A program made the position numbers and the translations under genes. Under the pieces are notes generated by a model. It was given only the letters and a program-made list of their open reading frames with translations. It did not search any database and was not told the DNA's origin. Positions 46,736 to 57,794 of a DNA stretch of 64,000 nucleotides are shown here, piece after piece; positions within the stretch are counted from its first letter, which is position 1; every line of letters begins with the position of its first letter. The stretch is from an uncultured delta proteobacterium (GTDB taxonomy: Bacteria; Myxococcota_A; Polyangia; Fen-1088): positions 128,001 to 192,000 of the forward strand of contig CAVWIP010000006.1 of the NCBI GenBank assembly GCA_963755125.1, in the 5' to 3' direction.

Positions 46736-47035
46736 ATGCCTGAGCAGAAAGCACCCGCCAAGAAGCCCACCGCCGCCAAAACCGTGAAGACCGTGGAGGC
46801 CGGCGGCAAGACGTGCCGCGCCCCCAAGTGCAAGCAGCCGGTTCGCGCCAAGGGCTACTGCCGCAAACACTACATTGGCTGGCGTCGCGAAAAGGTCGGC
46901 AGCAAGTTCCGCTACAAGATCTGCGGCAAGGAAGGCTGCCGCAAGCGCGCCGTGCTCGCCGGTCGCTGTGCCGAGCACAAGAAGGGCGCCGAGGCCACCG
47001 AGGCGGCCGCCCCTGCCGTCCCCGCCGCCACCTAG
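46736..47035 (+). CDS. Small basic protein with two C-x4-C...C-x2-H modules (VegA-like)
   Basis: AAGGA RBS; Lys/Ala-rich ends; CRAPKC..GYCRKH and CGKEGC..GRCAEH. Confidence 0.65.
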   Translation: MPEQKAPAKKPTAAKTVKTVEAGGKTCRAPKCKQPVRAKGYCRKHYIGWRREKVGSKFRYKICGKEGCRKRAVLAGRCAEHKKGAEATEAAAPAVPAAT

Positions 47036-47102
47036 CGGAAGCGCAGACGGCTGACGAGCGACAGCCTTGCTGGGCTGTCGCCGCCAGCTTCGAGTTCTCT
47101 CC

Positions 47103-48359
47103 ATGTACAAGATCGTCATACGCGGTGGCAACAGGCTGCGGGGCGAGGTGCGGGTTTCCGGCGCCAAGAACGCGGCGCTGCCCATCCTGGCCTCGTCGCT
47201 TCTCGCCAGCGGTCGTTCCACCTATCGCAACGTTCCTGATCTCGGGGACGTGGTGACGATGAAGAAGCTGCTGCGCCGATTGGGCGCCGACGTGGAAGGT
47301 GATGGCCGCACCACGGTGGACAGCACCCACATCACCAACTTCGAGGCGCCCTATGAGCTGGTCAAGACCATGCGCGCCTCGGCCTTGGTGCTGGGGCCGC
47401 TGGTGGGGCGCTATGGCCAGGCGCGCGTGTCGTTGCCCGGCGGCTGCGCCATCGGGGCACGGCCCATCGATCAACACTTGAAGGGCCTGACCGCGATGGG
47501 CGCGCGCATCGAGCTCGAACACGGCCTGGTCAGCGCCCGGGCCAAGCGGCTGCACGGGGCCACCATCGTGCTCGACCTGGTCACGGTGACGGGCACCGAG
47601 AACCTCATGATGGCGGCGGCGTTGGCCAAGGGTTGCACCACCCTGGAGAACGCCGCCTGCGAGCCCGAGGTCGAGGAGATGGCGCGCGTGCTTAACAAGA
47701 TGGGCGCGCGCATCCGCGGGGCGGGAACCTCGCTCATCACCATCGAGGGGGTGGATGAATTGCACCCGCTCGACCACGCCATCATCCCCGATCGGGTGGA
47801 GGCGGGCACGCTCATGGTGGCGGCGGCGGTGACCCGGGGCAATGTACTGGTCAAGGACTGCTTGCCCGAGCACCTCGATGCGGTGATCGCCAAGCTGTAT
47901 GCCGCCGGGGTGCAGGTTACCGTCGAAGGCGACGCGGTTCGCGTCGTCGGGCGTGGCGAGATCCGACCGGCCGACATCGCCACCCGGCCCTATCCCGGGT
48001 TCCCCACGGACATGCAGGCCCAGTTCATGGTGCTGATGGCGCAGGCGCGCGGGCAGTCGGTGCTGAGCGAGAACATCTTCGAGAATCGCTTCATGCACGT
48101 GCCGGAGTTGCGGCGCATGGGCGCGGATATCGTGGTGGAAGGCCATACCGCCATCGTGCGCGGTCCCACCAAGCTGAAGGGGGCCAAGGTGATGGCCACC
48201 GATTTGCGGGCCTCGGCGTGTTTGGTGCTGGCCGGCCTGGTCGCCGAGGGCACCACCGAGGTGTTGCGCGTGTACCACCTGGACCGCGGCTACGAGCACC
48301 TGGAAAAGAAACTGCGCGGGCTGGGCGCGGACATCCGTCGGGTCAAGGGCGAATTGTAG
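47103..48359 (+). CDS. murA: UDP-N-acetylglucosamine 1-carboxyvinyltransferase
   Basis: [40 protein letters not shown]. Confidence 0.97.
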   Translation: MYKIVIRGGNRLRGEVRVSGAKNAALPILASSLLASGRSTYRNVPDLGDVVTMKKLLRRLGADVEGDGRTTVDSTHITNFEAPYELVKTMRASALVLGPLVGRYGQARVSLPGGCAIGARPIDQHLKGLTAMGARIELEHGLVSARAKRLHGATIVLDLVTVTGTENLMMAAALAKGCTTLENAACEPEVEEMARVLNKMGARIRGAGTSLITIEGVDELHPLDHAIIPDRVEAGTLMVAAAVTRGNVLVKDCLPEHLDAVIAKLYAAGVQVTVEGDAVRVVGRGEIRPADIATRPYPGFPTDMQAQFMVLMAQARGQSVLSENIFENRFMHVPELRRMGADIVVEGHTAIVRGPTKLKGAKVMATDLRASACLVLAGLVAEGTTEVLRVYHLDRGYEHLEKKLRGLGADIRRVKGEL

Positions 48360-48410
48360 CCTGGCCCGCCGAGAGTGCGCGAAAAGCCGATCCCGGTTAT
48401 TCTAGTCCTA

Positions 48411-49109
48411 ATGGCACCGCTAGATTTGCGGGAAGAGTTCAAGCGCAACTTGCGGCGCCACCCGCGGGTTGAGTTGCAGGGCATCTGCGAGTCGGCCGCT
48501 GACCGTGAGAAGCTGGCGCAGTCGTTGCCGGTGTTTTTGCCGTTCAGGGGCAAGACCTACAAGGCCGCGCTGTGGGTGGCGGACTGGGACCATCGCCTGC
48601 CGTCACAGAACATCATCGTGCGCCTGTACGTCTACTACACCAGCCAGGGCACGCGCGTGGCCGAAGACAGCTTCGGCGAACGCAAAGCGCAGATTGCCGC
48701 GGAAACCATCTTCCCGGAGTTTGATGTGGCGGATTTTTCCGGCCTGCCCGCCGACGAGGTGTACGAGGCCGACGGGCCGGTGGGTGGGGAGCTCAAGGTT
48801 TTCCATCTGGTGAGCGAATGGCGGCGTGAGATCGAGCCGACCCTGGCGCGCAGGGCCGAACACATCGTGCGCGCCTCGCACCACTTTCAAGAAATCGCCA
48901 GCCAGACACGCGCGCGGCCGCCCGGGCTTGGCGATCTGGAGGCCGCCGAATGGTCCCCGCCCAGCGAGAGCGGATACAAGGGGTGGGGCCTGGACGTCTG
49001 GTACCTGCGCGCCTTCAACGGCATGGTGGGTGAGGGAACGGCCTTTCTGGTCGACCTCGACGCGGGCGAAGTGGTACGGCAGCGGGACTTCCAGTTCCGC
49101 GCAGGCTGA
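48411..49109 (+). CDS. Hypothetical protein
   Basis: Long ORF with high-GC3 codon use downstream of murA; start uncertain (48375 or 48411). Confidence 0.6.
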   Translation: MAPLDLREEFKRNLRRHPRVELQGICESAADREKLAQSLPVFLPFRGKTYKAALWVADWDHRLPSQNIIVRLYVYYTSQGTRVAEDSFGERKAQIAAETIFPEFDVADFSGLPADEVYEADGPVGGELKVFHLVSEWRREIEPTLARRAEHIVRASHHFQEIASQTRARPPGLGDLEAAEWSPPSESGYKGWGLDVWYLRAFNGMVGEGTAFLVDLDAGEVVRQRDFQFRAG

Positions 49110-49112
49110 ACC

Positions 49113-50348
49113 CTATCTTGTCATCAGTTGCAGGCCGAGCAGGATCGCGTTGCCAGTGCGGCCCTGAACCTTGCTGTAGCAATAGTCCAGCGCCACGCGA
49201 GCGCGCTGGCCATCGATGACGTATCCGAGCTGCGCGTCGGCCAGCGCGTCGGTGTCGTCGGTCGCCCGATCATGTGCCTGCTGCAGGCGAAACAGGGGTT
49301 GGAACTTTCCCGCGCCGACTTCGATGGGCAGAAGGAAGCTGGCCAGGAAGAAGTAGCTGATGCTTTCCGGGGTGGTGCTGCCCCAGATCTTGTACAAGGC
49401 GGCCTCCAGGTCCATCACGCCGGCGGCGCCCAGGTTCTTCTCGAAGAACAGGTCGAAGTTCAGCTCGGTGAAGTCGGACCACTCCGACGTAGTGAGGTCT
49501 TCCCAGCCGTCGCGCTGGTGCTGAAGGCCTGCACCCAAGGCGAGGACGTCTTTGCTGCCGTAGTAGGTGCTGGCATTGCGGTAGCCGGGCTCGGGATTGA
49601 GCAGGCTGAGGCTGAGACGACCCGAATAGAGCGGGTGCTGGGTCGGATCGGCCAGGTTGAACGCACCCAGGTAGTACTTGAACGTGCCACCGCCAAGTTG
49701 GCCCCACAGGGTCACCCCGTCGCTGCGGCCGTGGGGGCCCTGCAGCGCGCCCACTGGCGGTTGCCCGGCAAAAAACTGGCCCGGGAAAAGCCAGGGCGCG
49801 ATGGCCCACTCGGTACTGAGACCGGATCGATCGGCAGGAACCAGCATGCGACCCACCCACAGGTTGAAGGCGTCGTGAAACTCGAACCGGCCGATGAGAT
49901 CGAGCACGGCAGCGCTCCCGCTGGTGTCGTAGTGGCCCGTCTCATCGACGGTGCCAAAGGTCCCGACGAAATCAGCCTGCCACAGGATGTGGCGCATGGC
50001 CTGGCCCGACAGGAGAAGTTGCACCTGGCCATCCATGCCCAGGTCATTGAGCTTGTCGGGCTTGCTGGGATTGGGATTCTGGATGCGCAGACCCAGCCGG
50101 GTGCCGACATCCGCTTCAAGCAACTTCGAAGGGGCCGCGATCCCGGACGCCGCCGGGGCCGCGGGGGGCGGTGGCGGCGCAGGCACAGGTGGAACCGCTT
50201 CCAGGACAGATGTGGGCGGCAGCGGTTCCGGCAGCAGGTCTGTCGCTGCTGCGGGCGCGGCCAGCGCCGGTGTCGCTCCCATGAGCGCAAGCGCGACGAC
50301 GTGTCCGATGGTTCTGCTCGCGACGGAACCTTTTCTGGGCTGACTCAT
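49113..50348 (-). CDS. Outer-membrane beta-barrel porin (OprO/OprP-like)
   Basis: Signal peptide, Pro linker, amphipathic strands, WVGRMLVPADRS and GRSDGVTLWG motifs. Confidence 0.65.
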   Translation of the reverse strand: MSQPRKGSVASRTIGHVVALALMGATPALAAPAAATDLLPEPLPPTSVLEAVPPVPAPPPPPAAPAASGIAAPSKLLEADVGTRLGLRIQNPNPSKPDKLNDLGMDGQVQLLLSGQAMRHILWQADFVGTFGTVDETGHYDTSGSAAVLDLIGRFEFHDAFNLWVGRMLVPADRSGLSTEWAIAPWLFPGQFFAGQPPVGALQGPHGRSDGVTLWGQLGGGTFKYYLGAFNLADPTQHPLYSGRLSLSLLNPEPGYRNASTYYGSKDVLALGAGLQHQRDGWEDLTTSEWSDFTELNFDLFFEKNLGAAGVMDLEAALYKIWGSTTPESISYFFLASFLLPIEVGAGKFQPLFRLQQAHDRATDDTDALADAQLGYVIDGQRARVALDYCYSKVQGRTGNAILLGLQLMTR

Positions 50349-50417
50349 GCTGCGCATACCGTACCGGAAAGACTTTCCCAAGTCGAACCGCGGCGGGTGG
50401 ACGGCAAACCACCCGCA

Positions 50418-51085
50418 TCATGTCTTGCGTAGGGGCGACCTGCGGTCGCCCTGTTCTTCTTCGGCCCAGCATCGATCCAGGACCGTGGCGAGATGGCGAA
50501 GCAAGGGCGTGAGCACCTCGGCCACGGCAACGGGCCGGCCGAGCACACCGGTCATCGAGTCCATGGTGGAGGCTGAAAGGCCGCAAGGGTTGATGGCGGA
50601 GAAGCGTTCGAGGTCGGTGCAGACGTTGAGCGCGAAGCCGTGCATGGTCACCCAGCGGCGCACCGCCACGCCGATAGAGGCGAGCTTGCGCGGGCCAACC
50701 CACACTCCGGTTAGCCCTGGGCGCCTGTCGCCCTCGATGGTGAACTCGGCCAGGGTGCGGATGATGGCCTCCTCGAGGCGGCGCAGATACAGGTGCACGT
50801 CCCGCTCGTCCTCGCGCAGGTACAGGATGGGGTAGCCGCAGAGTTGGCCTGGCCCGTGGTAGGTGACGTCACCGCCGCGCTCCACTTCGAAGACCTGCAT
50901 GTCCGCCGAAGTGAGCAGGTTCTCACGGTGCGCGCCGCGGCCCACGGTCAGGACGTGCGGGTGTTCCACCAGCACCAGGGTGTCGGGTACCTCATCGCGC
51001 TGGCGAGCCGCCAGCAACTCCTGTTGCACACGCCACGTCTTCGCGTAGTCCCGCGTGCCGAGTTCGATGATCCGGGCCGGCTTGC

Positions 51086-51089
<4 letters not shown>
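50418..51089 (-). CDS. lipB: Octanoyltransferase LipB
   Basis: EHPHVLTVG, RGGDVTYHGPGQL, KLASIG, HGFALN, PCG; GTG start overlaps gltA stop. Confidence 0.95.
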
Positions 51090-52393
<1,304 letters not shown>

Positions 52394-52531
52394 GACAAGC
52401 TGAAGTCTTGGGCATAAGGCTCGGCTTGACAAGCCGTAAGGAAACAGGCTGACTCTCAGTCGCCAACGCATTGCGCCTATGAATATTGATACAGGGTGGC
52501 GAAGTCCATTGGCCGTGTAATGCTTTCCATC

Positions 52532-52774
52532 ATGCGAACCATTCGGCGTTACTCGAACCGCAAACTGTACGACACCCACGAGAGCCACTACGTCACGCTG
52601 CAGGCGCTCGCCGCGCTGGTCCGTTCCGGCGAGGACTTCCAGGTGGTGGACCACAGCACGAACCGCGACCTGACCACCGCGACTCTGGCTCAGATTATCT
52701 TCGAGGAGGAGAAGCGCGGATCGCGCCTTCCCGCCACGGAGCTTCGCCGGATCATCCAGAGCGGCACGATCTAG
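52532..52774 (+). CDS. PhaR-type DNA-binding-domain protein
   Basis: IRRYSNRKLYDT..S.YVTL...DLT..TLAQII. Confidence 0.85.
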   Translation: MRTIRRYSNRKLYDTHESHYVTLQALAALVRSGEDFQVVDHSTNRDLTTATLAQIIFEEEKRGSRLPATELRRIIQSGTI

Positions 52775-52802
52775 TGCGCTAGCATTAGAAGCAGCCGGCC
52801 AG

Positions 52803-53669
52803 TCAGAAGCGGCCGGAGAGGGAAAAGCTTGCCGCGGCTTCATGATCTGAGGCGGAACTGCGCCAAGCTGCGACGACGGCGATCAATCCGCCGCTCAACG
52901 CGGCCGCGCTGCCGAGCGCAAGACACTCAATGCCGGCCAGACGTCGCGACGATCCGGCGCGCGAACTGGCCAGTAGAAAGGCGCCGCTGCCAGCGGCCGC
53001 GCTGCCCGCGGCCAGCGCCAGCCAGCCGGTGACCCGCAGGATCCTTGGTTCAGTCGCGTGTGAACCATCTCCGTCGCCGCTGCCTGCGACGGACGCGGCA
53101 GGCATGACAGGTGGCGGGTCAAGCGGCTCGAAGATGGGCGCCAGGCGAGCCGTCTCGCCCAGCTTGATCGGGGCCTCGCCGCGAAAGGGACGCCGTCCTG
53201 GCGCGGTTATCTCGATCTGGGCCGTGCCTGGAAGCACGAACAGCGGGCCCGGCAAGGGCAGAAGGCCACGCGGCTGTCCGTCGATCTTCACTTGCGCCCC
53301 GCGCGGGCCGCTCTCCACGGTCAGGATGCCCAGGTGGGAACGCACGTCGGCCAATGCCTTCTCAAGCAGCGAGCGGTGCGACTCGAGCCACGGGTTCTCC
53401 TCTTCTGCCAGCACACCGGCCAGATCGGCTTCTGCTTCGGCCCAGCGGTGTAGCGCCTGCTCGGCCAGGCCAATCTCGGTGCGCGAGCGCGTGGTCGGCC
53501 GGGCCTGGTGTGCGCGCCGAAAGGCATCGAGGGCCGACTGGTAGTCGCCCTTGCGCATGGCCTTGAGTCCCTGGTTGATCAGCGCGTCCGCATCGTCCGC
53601 ATCGGCCCGTGCCAGCCCCTGCCCGAGTGCGAGCGACACCACGATCGAGAAGGCTAGCCGGCGAAGCAT
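52803..53669 (-). CDS. TPR + PEGA domain protein
   Basis: Signal peptide, TPR helices, PEGA (GAQVKIDG..G..P), Gly-rich hydrophobic C-terminus ending GRF. Confidence 0.8.
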   Translation of the reverse strand: MLRRLAFSIVVSLALGQGLARADADDADALINQGLKAMRKGDYQSALDAFRRAHQARPTTRSRTEIGLAEQALHRWAEAEADLAGVLAEEENPWLESHRSLLEKALADVRSHLGILTVESGPRGAQVKIDGQPRGLLPLPGPLFVLPGTAQIEITAPGRRPFRGEAPIKLGETARLAPIFEPLDPPPVMPAASVAGSGDGDGSHATEPRILRVTGWLALAAGSAAAGSGAFLLASSRAGSSRRLAGIECLALGSAAALSGGLIAVVAAWRSSASDHEAAASFSLSGRF

Positions 53670-53671
53670 GA

Positions 53672-55348
53672 CTAAATGATGGGAACGCCCTCGGGCGTGA
53701 ACTTGACCGAGCTTCGCATGCTCTTCTTGGGCTTGCGTGGCACGGGCACGGGCGAGTTGTCCGCAGGCTGCGAGGGTGCTGCGTGGGTCGGCGACAGTTC
53801 CGGTGCGGCAGCCGCTGGCGCGACAGGCACGGGTGCCGGCGGCGTGACCTCGCCTGCCGCAGCGGACGAGGCCGCGGATCGCGCTGGCGCGTGAGCCGTC
53901 GAGCGCAGCAAGAGCCAGGCCGCCAGCGCGAGCAAGGTGAGCACCGCAGCCCCCGCAGCGACGACGCGGCCGTGGCGCAGGACCGGACGTGGACCGGCTG
54001 ATGCTGGCACCGGCAAAGGGACCGAAGCAGGGGTCGCGCGGGTCGAGACGACCTGCCAGGGCTCGGGCTGACCGACAGGAAGGATCTTGGTTGGCGCCAC
54101 GGGCGGCTGGGCGGCCGCGATCTCGGTGGCCGCGATCCGAGCCTCTTCCCCGGCGGGCGTGGGCACGGCCACCGAGGGCGCTATGGGCATCTCCGCCTCG
54201 GGCGCGGTGAAGTGGTAGCTCCACTGCTGGCGTCCCTGCGCCGACATGAAAGGCATCAAGGCCAGGCCCAGATCGCGCACGCGCGCGAAGCGGTCGCCGG
54301 GCACGCGGCTCATGGCTCGCAGGATCACGGCCTCCAGGTTGCGCGGGATCTCGGGGCGCACGCGCGACGGTGGCCGGAAGATTCCGTCGACGATGTCGCG
54401 CATGATCGCGAAGGCGGCCGATCCGGTGAAGGGCCTCACGCCGGTCAGGCACTCATACAGGATCACGCCCAGGGCGTACTGGTCGGCGCGCGCGTCGATC
54501 TCGCCGCCCGCGGCCTGCTCGGGAGCAAGGTAGTAGGTGGTGCCGACGATGTTGCCTGTGCCGGTCAGGTTGGCGTCGTCACCGCCCACGCGCGAGATGC
54601 CGAAGTCGAGGATTTTGGGCGTCTCGCCCATGGGCGTGCGCGCGAGGAAGATGTTGCCTGGCTTGAGATCGCGGTGGACCACGTTGGCGCGATGGGCGGC
54701 GTGCACGCCGGCGCAGGCCGCAACCATGATGTCGGCGGTGCGCTCGACCGAGAGCGGGCCATCCGCGATTTCAGCGCCCAGGGCGCGGCCGGAGAGGTAC
54801 TCCATCACGATGTAGGGCGTCTCGCCGTGGGTGCCGTAGCTGTAGATGATCACCAGGTTGGGATGGACCACGCGCGAGGCGGCCTGGGCCTCACGCCGGA
54901 AGCGGGCCAGCGTGTTGGGCCGGTGCTGGTCGATGCCGTGCAAGGTCTTGATGGCCACGGTGCGGCCGAGGTTGCGGTCGAATGCCTTGTACACGCATCC
55001 CATGCCGCCCTTGCCCACCAGGCCGACGATCTCGAAATGGTCCACCTGATCGCCGGGGCGAAAGACGCCTGCGGGCTCGACCGCGGCAAGCGACGGCGCG
55101 GCCTCGGGCGGGGTGAGCGAGAGCGGCGCCTGCGGCGCAGGCCCGACCGTGCGCGGATCCGTGCGCAGCGGTCGCTCGCGGGCCGTGGCGTCGTCGGGCG
55201 CACGATGCTCGTCGGTGCGGCTCTCGGGCATCAGCGCGGTCGCCGGGGAATCGGGCTGGGCACCCGGCGGCCGCTTGCCCGCGCCGTCCTGCGGTCGGGG
55301 CCGGTCGTAGGAGAGGGTGTCGGGAATGCTCTGTCCAGGCTGTTTCAC
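53672..55348 (-). CDS. Membrane Ser/Thr protein kinase
   Basis: GKGGMG, VAIK, HRDLKPGN, DFG, APE; C-terminal TM. Confidence 0.95.
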   Translation of the reverse strand: MKQPGQSIPDTLSYDRPRPQDGAGKRPPGAQPDSPATALMPESRTDEHRAPDDATARERPLRTDPRTVGPAPQAPLSLTPPEAAPSLAAVEPAGVFRPGDQVDHFEIVGLVGKGGMGCVYKAFDRNLGRTVAIKTLHGIDQHRPNTLARFRREAQAASRVVHPNLVIIYSYGTHGETPYIVMEYLSGRALGAEIADGPLSVERTADIMVAACAGVHAAHRANVVHRDLKPGNIFLARTPMGETPKILDFGISRVGGDDANLTGTGNIVGTTYYLAPEQAAGGEIDARADQYALGVILYECLTGVRPFTGSAAFAIMRDIVDGIFRPPSRVRPEIPRNLEAVILRAMSRVPGDRFARVRDLGLALMPFMSAQGRQQWSYHFTAPEAEMPIAPSVAVPTPAGEEARIAATEIAAAQPPVAPTKILPVGQPEPWQVVSTRATPASVPLPVPASAGPRPVLRHGRVVAAGAAVLTLLALAAWLLLRSTAHAPARSAASSAAAGEVTPPAPVPVAPAAAAPELSPTHAAPSQPADNSPVPVPRKPKKSMRSSVKFTPEGVPII

Positions 55349-55444
55349 GTCGCGCCCTTGCGCCGGCTACACGGTACCGTCATGCGGGCAACGATGGCGA
55401 GGGAGGCCGGGCGAGTCAAGGGGCGTGTAAGCGGGGCAGCGCGA

Positions 55445-57733
55445 CTACCAGCCAGGAACCGCGACCGCGCCGGCATCGAAGGTGCCCGCGCTGGCATTCA
55501 GACCCGAGCCCCAGCAGACGATGGAACCGTCCTGCACAACTGCGCAGGAACGGTCGCCCGCGGCCACGGCGATCACGTTAGCTGTGCCGGGGACGACTGC
55601 TGGCGACAGGCAACTTCCGCTTGCTGCGTACTCGTAGTCATTGGGATTCATCACGCGGCCCCAGCAGGACACGGTCTTGGTGGCGAGCAGAGCACAGGTG
55701 GAAATGCCGGAGGCGCTGATAGCTGTCGCGGGGGCAACATAGATCAAGGCGGGAGTGGCTGAGGAATCGGTCAAGCCGGTCCCCAATTGACCGTCGGTGC
55801 CCAAACCCCAGCAATAGACTGTCCCATCTGTCAGCAGCGCGCAGGAATGGAAGGTGCCAGCGGCAATGGCACTCGCCGCGCCTGGAAGGCCCGCGACGGT
55901 TTGAGGCACTATGGTGAACTCGTCGGTGATGGCGATGCCAAGTTCGCCGTCGCCGTTCAGGCCCCAGCAACGGACCTCGCCGTCGCTCGTGAGAACACAG
56001 GTATGGTAGCCGCCCGCCGCAATGGCCTTGACGCCGCTGAGGTTGGGTGCCTGCGGGGTGGAAGGATTTCCCCCGAGCACGCCGAGCTGCCCAGATTCGT
56101 CAGCGCCCCAGCACCGGACTGTCGAGTCTGACAGGAGAGCGCAGGTGTGGTTCCCGCCCGCGGCGATCGCCGTGACAGCCGCACCCACGAGGCCGGTGAC
56201 TGCGGTTGGGGTGGAAGCGTTGGCGTAGCCACCGTTGCCAAGCTGGCCCGAGGTGTTGGCGCCCCAGCAGTGGACAGTTCCATCGCCTAGCAGGGCGCAG
56301 TAGTGCTGAAAGCCGGCCGCGATCGATTTGGCGTTGCTGATCCCAATGACGGCAGTGGGCACCAGGATCGACTGCCCCGGCGACCGGACCTGACCATCGC
56401 CGAGCTCGCCAGCCGAGTCGCCGCCCCAGCAGCGCACCTTGCCGTCGAAGAAAACCGCGCACGCGCTGAACGTGCCGATGGCGACACCCAGCGCTTTGAC
56501 ATGACACGAGCCCCCCAGGCACGTGTAGCTGTCCTGGCAGTCGGCGGCGGCGGCGCAGGAGGTCTTGCAGGCGGTGCCCGAGCAGTTGAAGCCGTCGTTG
56601 CAAAGCTGACCGGCCGGGGCGACGCAGCTCCCTTGCGAACAGGTGCCGGTTCCGATGAGGCTCGGGCCCGAGCAGATCGGCCCGCCGCCGCAGGTCTTGG
56701 CGACGGGATACGTGCAGTGCCCATCGGCCTGGCCGGTACAGGTTCCCATGCACTGCGGATCCGTGCCGCAGCCGAGATGCCCGCTGTGTGGCGCGCCCGA
56801 CGTGACCGGTGTGCAGGCGCCGACGTGGCCCTGGACATCGCAGGCCATGCACGGGCTGGTGCAGGCCGTGTCACAACAGTAGGCGTCAGGCGAGCAGAAC
56901 ATCCCGGCCAGACATCCGTTGGCCGTGGTCTGGCAGAGCTGTCCTTGCTTGCTCCTGCACACGCTCTGACTGTCGCAGGTGCCGGCACAGCCGGCCGGAT
57001 CATCTTGATTCGTCACGGCCACGCACACACCGGCGGCGCAGGCCTGGCACGCGCCTGCGCAGTCGCTGCGCTGCAGGCACTCCACGCACTGGTTGGTCGT
57101 GGTGTCGCACAGGCTCGCGGTCGCGCCGCCGACATCGCCGCCATCTGTTCCGCCGTCTGCCGCATCCACCGGTCCGGCGTCCACGCCCGCATCCGGGCTG
57201 CCGGCGCAATGCTTGTTCTGCGTGCAGGCGACGCACAGGCCGCTGCCGGCGCAGGCAGGAGTTCCTGACCGCGCCTGGCAATCGTTGTCGCTGGAACACT
57301 TGGCGCAGTGATTGCCCAAACACAGGGGAGCGCTCGGCGAACAATCCTTGTCCGTGCTGCAGGTTCCAGGCGCGTCCACCATCGGCAGGTCCGGAGCCGT
57401 GTCGTGTGCCGTTGCATCCGCTGGCGCGTCAACCGGTGCGTCGGCCTGCGCCGCCGCGTCGCCGTTGTCGACATTCGTCGAACGATCGCCGCCGCTATCG
57501 AGGCCGGCCATGCCGTCGCCGCGACTGGCAACGTCCGCAGACACGTCGCCGCCGTCCGCGGTCCCGGCGTCGGTAGCCCGCACGCACTGCCAGGTGGCGG
57601 TGCACACGAAGCCGGGTTTGCACTGATCCTGTGGCGAGCACAGGCTCCAGTCCCTTTCCACGCAGGAAAGTCCCAGGGTCACTGGCACGACAAGCGCGGC
57701 AACCTTCAAGAGCGCAACATCTCTGTTTGTCAT
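55445..57733 (-). CDS. Cys-rich lipoprotein with C-terminal RCC1 repeats
   Basis: Lipobox GLSC; Cys-rich repeats; repeated IAAG..HTCAL..DG.V.CWG....GQLG. Confidence 0.85.
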   Translation of the reverse strand: MTNRDVALLKVAALVVPVTLGLSCVERDWSLCSPQDQCKPGFVCTATWQCVRATDAGTADGGDVSADVASRGDGMAGLDSGGDRSTNVDNGDAAAQADAPVDAPADATAHDTAPDLPMVDAPGTCSTDKDCSPSAPLCLGNHCAKCSSDNDCQARSGTPACAGSGLCVACTQNKHCAGSPDAGVDAGPVDAADGGTDGGDVGGATASLCDTTTNQCVECLQRSDCAGACQACAAGVCVAVTNQDDPAGCAGTCDSQSVCRSKQGQLCQTTANGCLAGMFCSPDAYCCDTACTSPCMACDVQGHVGACTPVTSGAPHSGHLGCGTDPQCMGTCTGQADGHCTYPVAKTCGGGPICSGPSLIGTGTCSQGSCVAPAGQLCNDGFNCSGTACKTSCAAAADCQDSYTCLGGSCHVKALGVAIGTFSACAVFFDGKVRCWGGDSAGELGDGQVRSPGQSILVPTAVIGISNAKSIAAGFQHYCALLGDGTVHCWGANTSGQLGNGGYANASTPTAVTGLVGAAVTAIAAGGNHTCALLSDSTVRCWGADESGQLGVLGGNPSTPQAPNLSGVKAIAAGGYHTCVLTSDGEVRCWGLNGDGELGIAITDEFTIVPQTVAGLPGAASAIAAGTFHSCALLTDGTVYCWGLGTDGQLGTGLTDSSATPALIYVAPATAISASGISTCALLATKTVSCWGRVMNPNDYEYAASGSCLSPAVVPGTANVIAVAAGDRSCAVVQDGSIVCWGSGLNASAGTFDAGAVAVPGW

Positions 57734-57794
57734 CGATGAAGTTCTCGGCTGTGAGTGGAAGAAGTTGCGTGAAGAACGAGGTGAAACGGCAGGT

